Shown: positions 35,935 through 50,224, numbered from the stretch's first letter. The stretch: 64,000 bases of DNA from Camelus ferus (GCF_009834535.1 NC_045696.1:60142001-60206000); one strand, 5' to 3'. The notes: generated from the sequence alone by a model not told the origin. Numbers and translations are program-made.

Positions 35935-38298
35935 GCTGAGTGTGGCCAAGATGGTGGAGTAGGAAAGCCTTGAGCTCACCTTCTCCAACTACACACCATC
36001 TACAAACATTTCAAAGCAACTATCAATTAGAACAACCTGAACAACAGCAGAAATGATTTCCACCACTTAAAGATATAAGAAGGAGCCATAATGAGATGAA
36101 GAAAAGGGGCTAGGATGGAGTATACTCAAGATCTACACCCTCAGGGACACAACCCACAAACAGGAGGATAATCACAGCCGCAGAGGTTCTTTCCAATGTG
36201 TGAGGGGTAATGGCCCCACCTGGCCCAGGGGATCTGCATTGGGAAGACAAGCTCCCAGAATGTCTGGCTTTGAAAACCAGCGGGGCTTGCATTCAGGATA
36301 GCCAGAAGGCTGTAGGAAACAGAGACTCCACTCCTAAAGGGCTCACAGAAAATCTCATGCTCTGAGTCCCAGTTTAGAGGCAGTAATTGAAAGAAGCCTG
36401 GATCAGACCCATTGGCTAAACTTAGAGTGCCTCCTCAAGAGGCAGGAAGCAAAGGGAAACCCCTGGGGACATAGATTCTGGAAGAAGCCATTTTGGGGTA
36501 CTCCTTCTACCATGAGGACACTGGTGCTGGCACGTGTCATTTTGGAGTCCTCCCCCTAGCTTATTAGCACCACAGGTTTATCCGTTCACTAATGGTTGGG
36601 CACCAGATCCAGGACCTGGCCCTGCCCATCAGTGGGCCAGCCGCCACTACACGAGGCAAGGCCTAGCAGCCAACCAGGCTGGGGCCAGGCCTGCCTATCA
36701 TGTGCCTGTGGCAGCTGGCTGCACAAGAGAAGGGCTCATCCAGCCCACATAGGGGGCAACATATGAGCATATAGCTCTGGAGACCAGAGGGGAGTGTGCT
36801 GCTGGACCTCATGGAATGTCTCCTATATAAAGTCACTTCTCCAAGATCAGGAAATAACTGGCCTATGTAATACATGCAAATAAACACAGAGAATTAGGCA
36901 AAATGAGGAGACATGGGAATATGTTCTGAATGAAGAAACAAGACAAAACTTTAGTAAAAGAACTAAGCAAAGAGGAGATATGTAATCTACCTGTTGAAGA
37001 GTTCAAGCTAATGATCACAAAGATGCTCAACAAACTTGGGAGATGAATGGATGAACACAGTGCGATTTCAACAGATAGAAGATGTAAAGAAGAAAAACAA
37101 AGCTGAAGAATACGATAACTGAAATGAAAAAACACACAAGAAGGAATCAACAGTAGATCAGATGGTGAGAGGAACAGATCAGCGAACTGGAAACAGTAGT
37201 AGAAAACACCCCAGCTGAACAGAAAAAAGAATTTTTAAAAATGAGGAAAGTTTGAGATCTCTGGGACATCATAAAGCCTACTAACATTTGCATTATAGGG
37301 ATCTAAGAAGGAGAAGGGAGAGTGAAAGGGGCAGAGAACTTATCTGAATAAATACTAGGTGAAAATTTCCCTAACCTGGGAAAGGGGAAAAAAATCCAGG
37401 TTCAGGAGCACAGAGAGTCTCAAACAAGATGAACTCAAACGGGTCCACATCAACACACATTATGATCAAAATGGAAAAATTAAAGAGAAAATCTTAAAAT
37501 TATCAAGAGAAAGCAACTAGTTATGTACAAGGGAACTCCTATAAGACAGTAGGCTGACACTTCAGCAGAAATTTTGTAGGCCAGAAGGAAGTATATTCAA
37601 AGTGATGAAAGGAAAAAAACCTATAACCAAGAATATTCTACATGGCATGGCTATCATTCAGATTTGAAGAAGAGATAGAGAGTTTTACAGTTAAGTAAAA
37701 GCTAAGAGTTTAGCACCACAAGGCTGGCTCTGCAGAAAATGTTAACAGGATTTCTCTAAGCAGAAATGGCCACAATGGAAATATGAAAATTACAAAAGGA
37801 AAAATCTTATTGGTAAAGGCCTACATATAGTAAAGGAAGTAGATCAACTACTTATAAAGCTAGTAGGAGGGTTAAAGGTAGTAAAATCATCTATATCCAC
37901 ACTAAGTAGATGAGGGATATACAAAACAAAAAGATGCAAAATATGATGTCAAAAAATTAAGCATTGTGGCAGGGAGAAAAATGCAGAGATGTTAGAATGC
38001 ATTTGAACCTAAGAGATCATCAACTTAGAAACAATATGCTGTTATACATGAACCTCATGGTCACTGCAAATCAAAAATCTACAATAGCTAGACACACAAA
38101 AAAGAAAGAGGAATCCAAACATAACACTGAAGATAGTCATCAAATCACAAGGGAAAAGAGCAAAAGAAGAAGAACAACAATAAAAAAAAAAGGTACAAAA
38201 AACCCCCAAGAAAACAATGAACAAATTGGTAATATGTACATAACTACCAATGATTACTTCAAGTATAAATAGACTAAATTGTCCAATCAAAAGACACT
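35935..38298 (+). mobile_element. L1 5' portion (5' UTR, decayed ORF1, inter-ORF, start of ORF2), 3'-truncated
   Basis: Starts caagatggtggagtagg...gagctcacc, like the L1 at 10777; ORF1-like sequence at 36900-37760; ends at ccaatcaaaagacac. Confidence 0.85.
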
Positions 38299-41200
38299 GT
38301 TGAATTACAAGAGTATCACTGTGGTGTGAGGTGTGTTGAGTGATGAGAGAGTCATGTCATGTCACCTCTAATCCATTATGATACTCGACCCTGCCACTGT
38401 AGCATGGAAGCAGCCGTAGACAACATGCAATCAAATGCGGTGGCTGTGCCCCAATAAGACATCATTTGTGACACTGAAATTTGGATTCCACAGGATTTAC
38501 ACATTTCACAAAGTATGATTCTTTTATTGATTTTTTCTAGGTGTTTTAAAATGTAAAAATCACTCTTAGCTTGTGGGTCCTACAAAAACTGGCAGCTGAC
38601 TGACTGTGGCCCCAGGAAGTAGCTGGCCAGCACTTGGTCACGAGTGCAGTCAGCCCAGTGGGGACAGGTCCTCTCTCACCAAGGTAGGAGCTTGTCTGTG
38701 TCCAAAAGAATTCTCAAGATGGACAGAGGGATGGGTGCTCACTTTGAATCTCCTAGAAGGATCACAAGACTTATCCTCCATGAGGATGTCACCAACCATC
38801 ATCTTTCAGAGTTATCTCCTGGTGCTGAGCTGAAATTACAACACATCCATTGTCTCCTTTAACTCAATTCTGAAAGTCAGTGCTGTGGGCAAGCTTTTAC
38901 AGATGAAAAACTTGGATCTTAGAGAAGTTAAGTAACAAGGGGATTTGTGGCAGCCCAGGGACTGAATTCCAAGTTCCAAAGACCATGTTTGACTCACCAC
39001 ATCACTCTGTTTTTATTTCATCCAGACGCCTGTCCAGGCCTGCCCCACATCCCCGCCCCTGCTCTCCTCCAGGCCTTCCCACAGAATCCCTGGTGACTCC
39101 GGCCTCCGTAAGGGAGCTCTGCCTCTCAGTCACCACGGCTGGGCTGCTGGCCTCGCCGTCTCACGTACCTTCTGTACCTCACATGCTCTTATGACACATA
39201 TTTTGATGACAACATGTGCCCTGGGACTCATAAGACCTGGACCCCTAGCCCAACCCTTTCATGAACCAGCTACATCACCTTGGAAAAACGTCCTCTCTCC
39301 GGGCCTCAGTTTCCTTATTTATAAAATCAGAGTGGGGGTGGAGGGATACCCCCCTTTCCTGAGCTCCTCTCCAGTTTTAAATTTCTATGAGTCAACTCAT
39401 TCCCCACCATGTTTTATTACCCACAAACTACCACCTCCCTCTGTTAGTAATAGTTATGGAAAGATACTGCTGATAGGCCCAGAGCAGCATGGACTCTGAC
39501 CTTGCTTTAAGGGACATGACACAAGAGTCCTTTAATAAGTATAGCACCCCTGAAATGCCAACTCGTTGGCACAGACACGGGGACATTTAAGAATGAATCA
39601 GGTAAACAAAGAGGCCAATTTCACAAATGCACAGACTAAACAAGGTAGAGAACGAGGCTTAGGGAGTGGGGAGCAGCCTAAATGACAGCCAAATATCCGT
39701 GACACATCCCCTATGTGAATGTTTGTCACAGGGAGTAGAGATGGACACAGAGCAAAGATAAGACTGCGGTCCCTGCCTTTGAGGAGTTCACTGTCTAGTG
39801 GGTGATAACCAAGGTGCTAATAATAGAAACTTAGGAATAATAGAAATGCAGGAAGCAGTAGCAGTGAAGTTAGGGGGCCTTTGACCTGGTATTTAGAAGA
39901 AGCAGCACCAGATGTAGTCTACTTTCCTGGCTATCACAGGCAGAAACGAGGTGCCAGCATCGTGCTGGGGCCAGCGGTGGGAGCTGTGGGGTCCGTGCGG
40001 AGCAGTGCGGCAGAGGGGCTGTCTTTCCGGGTGCTCACTCCCGCAGCGTGATTAGGCCATTGCTCCCCTCTGGGAGATTCTGTCACCCACCTGATATCCT
40101 TTAATAAACCAAACCGAGGGGATGCTCATCTCTGCAGCTAAGAACCTCAGTTAATACAGGAGAATATTACAGTCGAGATTTAAGGCTCTTCATCTCTCCC
40201 CAAGAAAGCAGTAACAACAGCACCTAGCATCTACTGAGCGCCGCCAACATGCCAGGAACTGTGCGCGGTGTAACTTCCTCACACACACACACATCACTAG
40301 GCACACACACATTCTTTCAACAATCTGAAAGTTACATATTGTTGTCCTCATTTTATTTTTTAAATTAATAATTTTACTGTTTTTCTTAAATTGGGTCATA
40401 CTTGATAAAGTAAATTCAAAGAACATAGAAAGGCTAGAAAAAGAAAGGAAAAGTACCCACAATCCACCACAATCCGGTAATCAGTGTTAACATTGAGAGC
40501 ATAGCCCATGAGACATCGCTCTCCGTGTGTGTAGCCTGACAATGGGAGAGGGAGAATAGATGGAGGGAGACAGTGGGTAGGTGTGATTTTACAAGTGTGA
40601 GATCATAACATAGACACTATTTTTCAAACACAAAAGACATTTAGTTTTTAATTTGACTTAACAGAAGAGAAATCAATTGAAGTGAAAATAAAACAATTCC
40701 TAAGCTTCAAAAAAAAAAAGTGTCTTTGCCATAAGAGATAATAGTTCCAAGGACATGCCTCCAAGTTAAAGAAAAATATTGTGAAAACCCATAATAAGCT
40801 ATGCTATTTTAAAAAGTTTATTATTTAACTTTAAACAGTATACATTAACTACCCCACTATAAAAAATACAGGAAAGAGCATCTTATTCTCCCATTCCTCC
40901 TGTTTCTGTTACGTATTCTAACTTTGTTAAGTACTGTAACATTTGTAACATTTTCAAGTCTTAATTCTTTCATTTCTTAATTCCATATCTTAATCCACAT
41001 CTTAGTGAACCAGATCCAATACGTATCATTCATGGCTTCTCCATTTTCAAATTCAGTGTTTTGACTCCTCCTCTCTTGTTTGGCAGGACTTCACGATGGA
41101 GTGGTTTTTGTTGGGTGCTGGGTTCCCTGAAATCTTTTCTTTTGGACAATCTCTGCCTATTGCTTTCATGATTAAGAGAATAACCTTATAAATATTGCTT

Positions 41201-44194
41201 CACTGCCTCCAAGCTTTGCATGTTGCTATGAGGGGCAGTCTGAGACCAGCCAGATTCAACCACTTGAAGGGGCCTTCCTTTTTATACTTGACACTAACCT
41301 GGTCTTCAAAATGGAAAAACCAATGACTGCTAAGATTGGGAAAGACATGTCCCATCACTGAGATACACTTTAGAGACATCCTGTCACTTAGTCTCCCAAA
41401 ACACCTCTGAATTCAGAATGATTATTATTGCTATTTTATAGAGGAGGAAACATTTGATCAGATCGGTTAAGAAATTTATCAAGGTCACACAGCTATTACA
41501 CAATAGAGATAAATTTCAAATCTAGATTATTCTAGTTCAGGGGTTCATTCGTATCACAAAGCCTCAGAACACAGGCTTGGAAAATATTAGCCACTCAGTA
41601 AGTGTTTCTGATTTGAATTCTTCTAAAACAAACAAACTTAGCTTAGTTGAAGAATTATAACGATATAAATGTTGTGTGGCGTTGAACTAGGAATCAAGTA
41701 ATTCACATGAAGTGTAGTAACCAGTGTCACTTTTTGTCCAATTCACGTCCAAGCCCAGTCAGCAAAGGGCTATGTTCCTCTTAGTCACTGGGTGTCCCAG
41801 GGCAACAGTGGCTCCATCTCAACACATATTTCCACGATTGCTGAGCAGGAGACATGAAGGCCACACACAGCTCTTAAAGGGTCTCCCAGAAGTGACACAC
41901 TTCACTTCTATTCACATTTCTTTGGCCAAAGGAAGGCACATGGCCATATGTCAAAGTGGGTAGGGAAGTCCCAGCTACCATGCGCCTGGAAGGAAGAAAG
42001 CCCTTCCTGACCTCCAGGGAAAGCACTCCCCTGCTTTCTGTCCCTATATATAATCTTCTCTTTTCCAGAATGAAATACAATTGGAATGACACAGTCTGCA
42101 GCGTTTGGGGCTGGCTCTTTACACACAGCACAGCACTTCTGAGACACGTCCGTGTTGCTGTCTGTTGAGGTCGTTTGGGCCTCCTGTTTGCTGAGTGGTG
42201 TTTCATGGCATAGTTGCTCCACAATTCATCAGGTGAGGGGCTTTCTGCTGCATCTTCAAGTGTTTAGTCCACAAGTGCCTGCTGGAGCTTTGCTACAAGA
42301 GATCTTTGCTAAGGGCCCTGCTCAGGTACGTGTCGCAGCTACCTATTTGCCCGCCCCCAGCTAGTCCTCAGCCTGCAGCTTCTGGACGGGGTAGATCTCC
42401 AGGAACTCTAACTTCAATCTGTTTCTTCTGTTGGGTGATTTGTCCACCCACTTACTCACCTATTTGTTTTAGTGATGCCTGCGAGGTGCCAGGCACTGAG
42501 CGTATCAGGTTGAACAGGACAGTCTTGGTTCCTAGCTGTACAGAGTGTACGATTTTGAGCTCATTAACTCCTTCATGGTACAGGGAGCAGGTGGGAGAAG
42601 GAGGCGGGGGAAATGACAGGAACAACTTGAGGGCAAGTCTGAGGTCTTCAGGACCAGTCACTATGAGACAGCATTGAAATGGCATATTAATCCTGTTAAC
42701 TGTTTGTCTTTCTTTTGGTGACAGGAAGGCTCTATTGAAGAGAATCAATCTGCATTGTTTGTTTGTAGTTTCAGAGTGTCTTCATTTGAATCCCCCCTTT
42801 TAGTCCTCACAACTCTGGAAGGCGATACTTATTATCTCCATTTCCCTGATCAGGACACTGAGGCTCAGAGAGCTGAGTGGACTCTTAGGCCTGACGACAT
42901 GATCTGAGAAAACAGCCATGAAACTGTCAGGGAGTGTCTTCTACCAGCTGTTAGAGCCCAGGCCTACTGTGAGTTTTTATGTGGTCAATAAAAATCACCT
43001 AAATTTCTGTTTCCTGGCATCTCTCTAGTATCTTTCTGATGTGACGTTCATGCTGCATCACGTGGCTTCATGTCCACACAGCCCAGCTCTGGGGGTTTAT
43101 AGCTGTCCTGACATTCAGTATCCCAGACAGAAGGACTCTGGCCTGTGTAATCTATATATTGTGCCCCTGACCTTCATTACCCCTCAAGCAACTGGAATAT
43201 GAGTGTGCATTGCTGAAGCCCTTTAAGTCCAAGGGCCTGAAAGTACTGTTTAGATCTTGACTTACTGGCAAATCAAACCCTAAGGTGGAGGCTCAAAACT
43301 GCTGGGTTGGAGACACAGGCAGGACAAGCATCAGGCCAGCGTGTGGGTGGACAGCAGAAGGGCCTCCCATTCTCAGTCCTGAACAGTTCCCAGGGTAGTG
43401 TGGGTACGGAAATGCTGTGACGTTTACTGTGTCTGGTTGAGCTGGGCAGGATGGTGAACGGGGTCAGTACTGGGTTATGCTAAGTAAGGTCTCAGCTGGG
43501 GGCTAACTGGTGGCGGGGAGAGGGGAGTGGGAGGGACCCGGTAAGAAGAGGAGAGCACTGCTGCTCATCTCCATTCAGAGATGTCTGATGGGCTGCAACT
43601 GTGATCTCATGTGTCAAAAGGTCACCTTCCTGGCCCAAGCTGCCATTACCGACCCCTTCTAGGGCCAAGGTCACTGTCATAAAGCATATGAGAGGCTCAT
43701 TGATCCCTGTCACAAAAGGCACTCAAGGAAGCAATTCATCAATGAACATTTATCGACCAGGAGGCCACGGTTAAGTGTAAGGCCCACGGCCACCATCTTC
43801 AAGTTCAAGATTCTCCCCACCACAGAGCCTGGGCATGCTTACTATCCCTCCTCCTCCAAGACATGAAGATGGGAAATGGAGAGGTGGTGGGAGGCATTCA
43901 GGAGAAAGCTTTCAGTGTCTGAAAATTATTTATTGACTCTCCAATTCTCAGAAAGAAAAATAAACAAAAGCCAGTGTTATACTGAATCAAGCTTTTAGTC
44001 ATTTAGGTTGATCTATCTGCCCATCCATCAGTCATCAAAAGCATATTTCCTCATGGTGCCAAGCACTGAGGACACAGTGATAACTCGGTCCCTACATGTG
44101 CCATGTAAGAGGTCAATGTACAGCCCCATTGCTTAAGCGATGCCCTCATGAGAAAGACCTTGCTGAACTCTGGTCTGGATTGTTTGTTATTAGG

Positions 44195-44228
44195 AGAAAA
44201 ACACAGTGACAATGATATTTATTTTATT
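44195..44228 (-). terminator. HEG1: Probable HEG1 polyadenylation signal
   Basis: Overlapping AATAAA hexamers on the minus strand (44218-44223 and 44223-44228), followed by GT/T-rich ctgtgtttttctc. Confidence 0.6.
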
Positions 44229-47200
44229 GCATCATTTTACTGACTAGAACGCCAGACTTATAGTGGATATAGTATAAAAATAATCAAATTCTTACAAATA
44301 ATACATTGCTGCTACAGTACAGAATAATTAGTGGAGGTTGCAATTATAATACAAATTTAAATAACATTCTCATAATGGGTTTAACACAATCAACCAGGGG
44401 CTAAGGTTTAAAGTTTTGCAACAAGAAATCTGGGACCCTGTGAGAACTCAGAAAGTTCATTTGCCAGCTACATGCTTCATTTAACCATAAATCCAGCAAC
44501 ACAAACAGTAACAAGACTCACAGCCACCCATGATGAGAGGTTGTTTTTTTTCCCTAAGAAACAGGCCGAGGTAACACAGAAACCTGGGGTAGCTTCCCGG
44601 GTAGACTGGTTCCATCTCATTCCTGTCCAGTCCCATCCTTCCTACCCAAGGACTCTGCACCTGAAGTGTACTACTCTGTTTCCCCTAGAAAAAGACAAAG
44701 CCAGAATCCAATGGGCAAACCCTTTAGAACGTCCTCATTAAAATGCCAAGAGGACAGAGTCAAAGATCTGTCTCTTTTTAGACCTCAATTGTCCCCTTTG
44801 TTTTCACAGGCTTTTCTGTGAGCAGTTTATACCAAATGGGACAGATTAAAACACTCTTAAAAATATACTTTAGCACAACAAGTTAAGTGACACTTAGTAC
44901 TTTAATTTTTCTAGTATATTAACCAGGTTCGTCCTCTGGGGATTTGAGAAAGGAAAAAAGAACACACTTAACAGCCAATTCTACAGAACATATGTTTTCA
45001 AAAATGCACGCGAGAACCTCAGAATGACGCTTTGTCAACAAGAAGAAAATGAAACGTCCCTTCTAATTCCCACAAAAGTTTTCACAGAAAAAAAATCTGT
45101 GAAATTCTGATATTAATATTAACGGTATTTTCCAATGAGATGCAAAATCCTGAAACACTAAACTTTGCATTTTTCCTCTCTCCAAAGAAGTGTTCTAGTT
45201 TCCATATGAGTAAGTATCTTAGAGCCCGGGCCCAAATCCCTGGTGTGGGGTGTGCTAAGCTAAACTCATCCAGGAGCAAGGAGAGAAACACTCTGGCTTC
45301 GTCAGCCGCCTTCACACAGTTACAGGCACACCTCCCACCCCCCGTGGGCAAGGGGGCTTAACAGAGGCCCCAACAGCCACGTGAGACACGTGACCCTGGC
45401 GTGTCTGCTCTGGGACGTCCACATCTGAATAAATAGCATCCTTCAAAGACACTTCCTTGGGCAGCCATCCGGCCTCGTACTGCAAAGATGCTGCCCTCCC
45501 ATTTGGACCAACTTTAAGAACGACCTCTTCAAGAGCTTAACTGTTACATCTTCGTTTTGGACCTCAAATGCCATCAGCCAGCTTGAAAACACAATCCATT
45601 TAGTAATGTTGGTTCTTAATGACATAGCTGCTTCTGAAATTAAACTTCTGTCAAAGGAGGGGAATTTGTCAGCATTTAAGACATTCAACTGAATAAGTTC
45701 CAGACTCTGATAACATTCACAAAGATCTGCTTCCAATATGTGGGAAATCCGGCCTTACCACGGAACCAGGTGAGGCAGCCTTCAGATGGATGTCTAAGTC
45801 TAGCTGTGTCTGTCAAAACCCAGAGCATCACCGTACACTCCCACATCCAAAGCCATGTACCACTGTGCTTCTTGCTAAGCACAAGCTGACCACAGCTTTC
45901 TTAATGACCATCACAGGTGTCCAAAAAATACATGTAACAACAGACCTGAAAGGACTTTTTCAACATTTTGTTTTTGTACTTCATGTCATCAGTTTAGTTC
46001 CAGTTTAATAATATCAAAGTTCTAAAAACCCAAACCAAAACAAACCCAAACTTATTCTCAGCCCACTCTCTCATGCTCTCTTTAATACTGGATGGTGAGG
46101 CATCAGCCAGGAGGAGCAAGCCACGTAAAGGGTTTGGATCCTGACTCTCCAAGGCAGGGGCTTGTCCTCTCTGAAGGTTCCCACATCCGAGAATGAGTGC
46201 TCTCATGTCCACCTCACCAGGGTGTGGTGAGGGCAAGGATCCTGCACAGATCCTGGCCCTGCTGGAAACACAAGAGATGCTCTTGGGACTATTAAGACTT
46301 CCTAAATTGTCTCCAGTGCCCTGGGCTGGCTCGTGGGGCAAAGAGGAAGAGATACAAGAAATAGGACCTCTGGAGCTACAACCAAACCCACAGATGTGGG
46401 AGGCTCCAGGTGAGCGCTGCCCTGCTCTGCGTCCCCAGGCTCAGGTACGCTGCAGGATGCGGGGGTTCTGTTCAGCCCACTCTTCCCTACCCTCTCAGCA
46501 TCTCCCGGGCTGCTAGGGGCCACTTTTCCTTTCCTCCCTTTGTCCTCTAGTCCCGGGACCCATGTAGGACTGGGACATTTCTGTGCACAGGAAACGCACA
46601 CCCCAGGTGGGAGGACTAACACTGAGGGCTTCTGCTCCCCCAGGGTGCATCCAGCCTGTCCCTTCAGTCCAGGGCTGCTGCCCCACAAACAATTTCTTGG
46701 CTCAGGGGGGACCCTTCTGGAGGCATATTCACCCCAAGCAGGAGTGAAGCTGGCCTCTCCCTTCCTCACCCAGGCGGGCAGCCGGCCCTGAGGAACAGTC
46801 AGGCTGCTTTCATGCCTTCTTAGACCCTGACGCCCTGGAGATGCACTTTTCCACTCTCAGAAGCCTCCTAGAAACTGCACAGAACTGTGAACTTAACCTT
46901 CGGGGGTGTGCTACAGTACTCACGATAAAAGAAAAAGACAACACTCTTAATCCATTTCACATGCACAAAACCCACTCACAGGAAAGCATTCTTGGAACTC
47001 ACAGCACACTCTTTTCTGGACGTTGGGATCCTGCTCCAGGATGCTTTGGGGACAGACCACTCCATGTGGGGGAGCATACAGCTTCCGGCCCTGGTATCGG
47101 AGATGATTTGCCAGTGGAGGCAGCAGGCGTGTATGCCTGGGAACAGCCCCCACTGTGCTCTGGGCCCTGGAGGTGAGCAGGGCTCTGCGTCTAGAGCAGG

Positions 47201-49197
47201 AAGCAGCTGCCTCAGGAGGGACCCAGCCTGTTGGCTCAGGTGAGCTGAGTGCAGGAGCTCCGAGCTCTCCAGTTAGATGCGAGGCCGTGAGACTCAGAGG
47301 GCTGTTTGGTTCCACGGGGAGAGGCAAGACCCAAGATTTCTCAAAGGGGATGCTCTGAGATTTTAAGTTGGCACCCACTGACAAAAAACAGGACTCTTTG
47401 TATCTATCTCATGAGATGAGTGCAATTGAACTGCAAAAGTGGCATCGCATCTGAGCAGCCTTCCTGCTCGTGGAGACCATGGGACACAGGAGTTTGCACT
47501 TAAAGCTGTTAGGATGAGAATTCCATAAGATTAAGGATTAGATACATTCTGAAGACAGTAGAGAATCTTGAAGAAACCACCATGCCCAGGACAGAACTGT
47601 CTCCAAAGGCCGCACCATTTCCAGAAACGAGTGTGCCATTGGGCTCCAAGCTTCAGGGTGGGAACAATTTTTTTTACCTCTGTGTTCTCTTTACCCCAAA
47701 CCAGGATGTTCAAAAGTAGATGATGAGAATGATCACAATTCCACAAGGAGTAAAGACACCACACTGGATATGCACCCCCCCCCCCGACCCTCCTCCACAC
47801 GCAGGACCCAGGTCACGGGCATAATAAATAAGACACAGGGTTGTTTCTTTCCCCAAGGCAAACGCTCAACTCCCTAACTGGCCAGGAGACTTAGTTCTCC
47901 AAAGCCGACTTGAATTATACCCATGCTTCTGGAGGGAACTATGTGATACTATGAAGAGTTACAAATTACTGTCTGAGAGAAAATAAGTTATTTCTTCAAT
48001 GAATAAATAGCATTGAGTGGTTGGTGGAACCACTCAAGCTACACTGGGTGTGGACGAGACCAGAAATTCTAGGACAGGTGCTGCACTAGGTAAGCAGACT
48101 CACGTGTGGCTCCCCTCAGCTCCCTCTCCTTCCCCAGCAATATGCAGGGCTTCCCAAAGGGCTGGCGTTCCAGATAATCGAACTCACCTATCCATCCCGC
48201 TCCTCTAACCACATCCAGCTGCTTTTGCATTAGTGGTGAAATAGCAGCTCAGGCCCAACCTGCAGTCAGCTTTTCACTTCTGCTCCCTACGTGGCAGCGT
48301 GGGCCTCAAAGCAGGCGCTCAGAGCTCCCACACCACACGGTGCCCTCGGGGGTCGACCTTCCACCAGGAACTTCACCCCGTGCCCGCTGCTGCCTGCTGG
48401 GCTCACTGTGGGGCAGCTGGAGCCTCTAATTAGAACCAAGTGCAAGTTGTTTGCCCTGATGCAGGCGTGTATGGAAAAGCGAGCTGTGACAGCAAAGGGA
48501 AAAAACCTTAAATAAACGTGTCACCTGGACTAAAGAAAGCACACTGGAGTTGTGTGCTGTGCCTCACACATTTCAGCTCCTCGTTTGGGGGGGGGGGGGT
48601 CTGTCTGGCGAACGTAGCACAAGAAGACTTAGAAGCATGTGGAAACCCTGTGCCTTAACCTGCGGCATCTCCAGACACTAGTGGTAGGCCCGTCGGCACC
48701 TGTGCTTCAGCACGGAGCTACTGGGCAGGAAAACAACTGAGGAGGCAGTATTTCGCTGTCAAAGCATCACCAAATTGAGGCCTCTGGAAGTGTCTGAGGA
48801 AGAGGCCTTCTTTCCGGAGCAGTCTTGAAAAACACCTGAAAGGAGACCTCCCTCCCTGCTTTTGCATCTACCGAGGTGCAAGCTAAGGAAAACCTGGGTC
48901 CTTGCAATGATGCCTAGTGATCAGCCCTAAGGAACGTCATCCCCCAGCCGTGGCCCTGCTGCAGGCACGCGGGGACCCCGTGGTACTGGCCCGTGTTCAC
49001 ATTCACAGTAACAATGCAGGTGCTGAAGAGCAGCCGGCAGTTCCAGTTCCACGGGCTCCCGCTGTCGCCTCCCCTGTGGTCACGGCGCTTCCGCCCGGCC
49101 CCTTCCGCTGGTGTGGCTCCTCTAGCCCCGGGAGCGGCCCCGGGCGCTGCTCCCCGTCCGGTCCTCTGAGCGATGGAGGCCCCTGTGCCGTCTGCAC
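44200..49197 (-). other. HEG1: HEG1 3' UTR (~5 kb, inferred)
   Basis: Sequence with no recognisable L1/LTR between the stop codon and a double AATAAA near 44220. A long UTR fits my recollection of HEG1 mRNA. Confidence 0.65.
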
Positions 49198-49347
49198 TTA
49201 GAAGTAGTCCCTCCTCCTGCTCTCATCACTGATGAAAGATGGGTTATACTGTCCGGGGAAAATGCAAGAATGCCGCGATCCTGGCAATCCAGTGTAGGCC
49301 GGGTAGAGGCCGTTCCGTTCAAGTTCAGGATTCCTTACACTGGTGGG
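49198..49347 (-). CDS. HEG1: Protein HEG homolog 1, last coding exon (PTSVRNPELERNGLYPAYTGLPGSRHSCIFPGQYNPSFISDESRRRDYF*)
   Basis: cttgttctctctttggccaccag acceptor, 150 nt to TAA. Encodes the diagnostic KRIT1-binding HEG1 C-terminus (NPSF...DYF). Confidence 0.97.
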   Translation of the reverse strand, partial: PTSVRNPELERNGLYPAYTGLPGSRHSCIFPGQYNPSFISDESRRRDYF

Positions 49348-50224
49348 CTGGTGGCCAAAGAGAGAACAAGAAAAGTCAATTTATGATTCTTGGGTTTAAA
49401 TTAAATTGTTGAAAACAACGACGACGACGATGAATGCTCCGTTTCGATGAGTTTAATGCGGATGCAGCTGTTCCCGCAGAACAAGGCCTGACCTGGAAAT
49501 CACACCTGCCAGGTCATCTCTCTGTGGAACCTGGGGCACCTTTGCCCATATTTCAAAAGGGGATTTTTAGAAACATTATATCATCAAGAGCAGCCCACAG
49601 GCCAACAGAGGAAATGCCTGAGTTGAATATTATCTTGATTATTATCGAGATTAATTATTATCTGATTATTATTTTGACTTAAAAAAAGAGTATCTTTCTC
49701 TGTGGCACACAATGGCTTTAAATCCTCTCTGGCATTTACCAGAACGCTAGTGTCCCTGCTGCGAATGGGGGACTGACTTTGACAACATCATGGCAGCCCT
49801 GGCTGGAGGTGGAGTTAGGACCCCAAAGCAGGAGGCTGGCTGATTCTCAGGTATCTCTGACCAGATCCCAGCTTAGCAGTCATGACTACCTATCTAAGGA
49901 GCAAAGGAGCCCCTTGGGGAAGCCCTGGCTACTTTGAGGAGCAGCACGGGGCAGAGAGGGTGATGCTGGCTTGGTAGAAATAAAACACTAGATTCTGCTT
50001 ATTCTAATGTGGATCCCAGGAGAGCCCAGTGTGCAACTGAGAACACTGTGAGGGGCAGCTCCCTCCCTCGAGTGACAGCTTCCCACCCTAGGCTTAGGCT
50101 CTGCGTCTACAGACTGCTCAGCCCACCTTGTATGAAATGAAGATGGGGTTCCTTTACATCGTAATTCTATCTAAGGCAACTCTTCAGCTAAGGGCTGGGA
50201 ACTGGCGGCGAAGGTGTGTCCTGT

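Larger units (their letters stand above)
29161..38636 (-). mobile_element. Fossil autonomous hAT/Charlie transposon (Cheshire/MER58 family) interrupted by nested elements
   Basis: MER58-like ends (ctgggtagcaaattttttcagtaaaggg...; tacaaaaactggc...gctggccagcacttg). Transposase remnants on the minus strand: YFVIRFDGKALF at 35719-35904, ELNLHLQGK at 30307-30573, FPHKFAADVFSELK at 30215-30412. Confidence 0.75.

Noticed and set aside
45443..45736. 97-aa ORF in the HEG1 3' UTR with faint resemblance to a hAT dimerisation domain
   Set aside because: It has a non-ATG start and the similarity is too weak to support by eye; it would need an HMM search.
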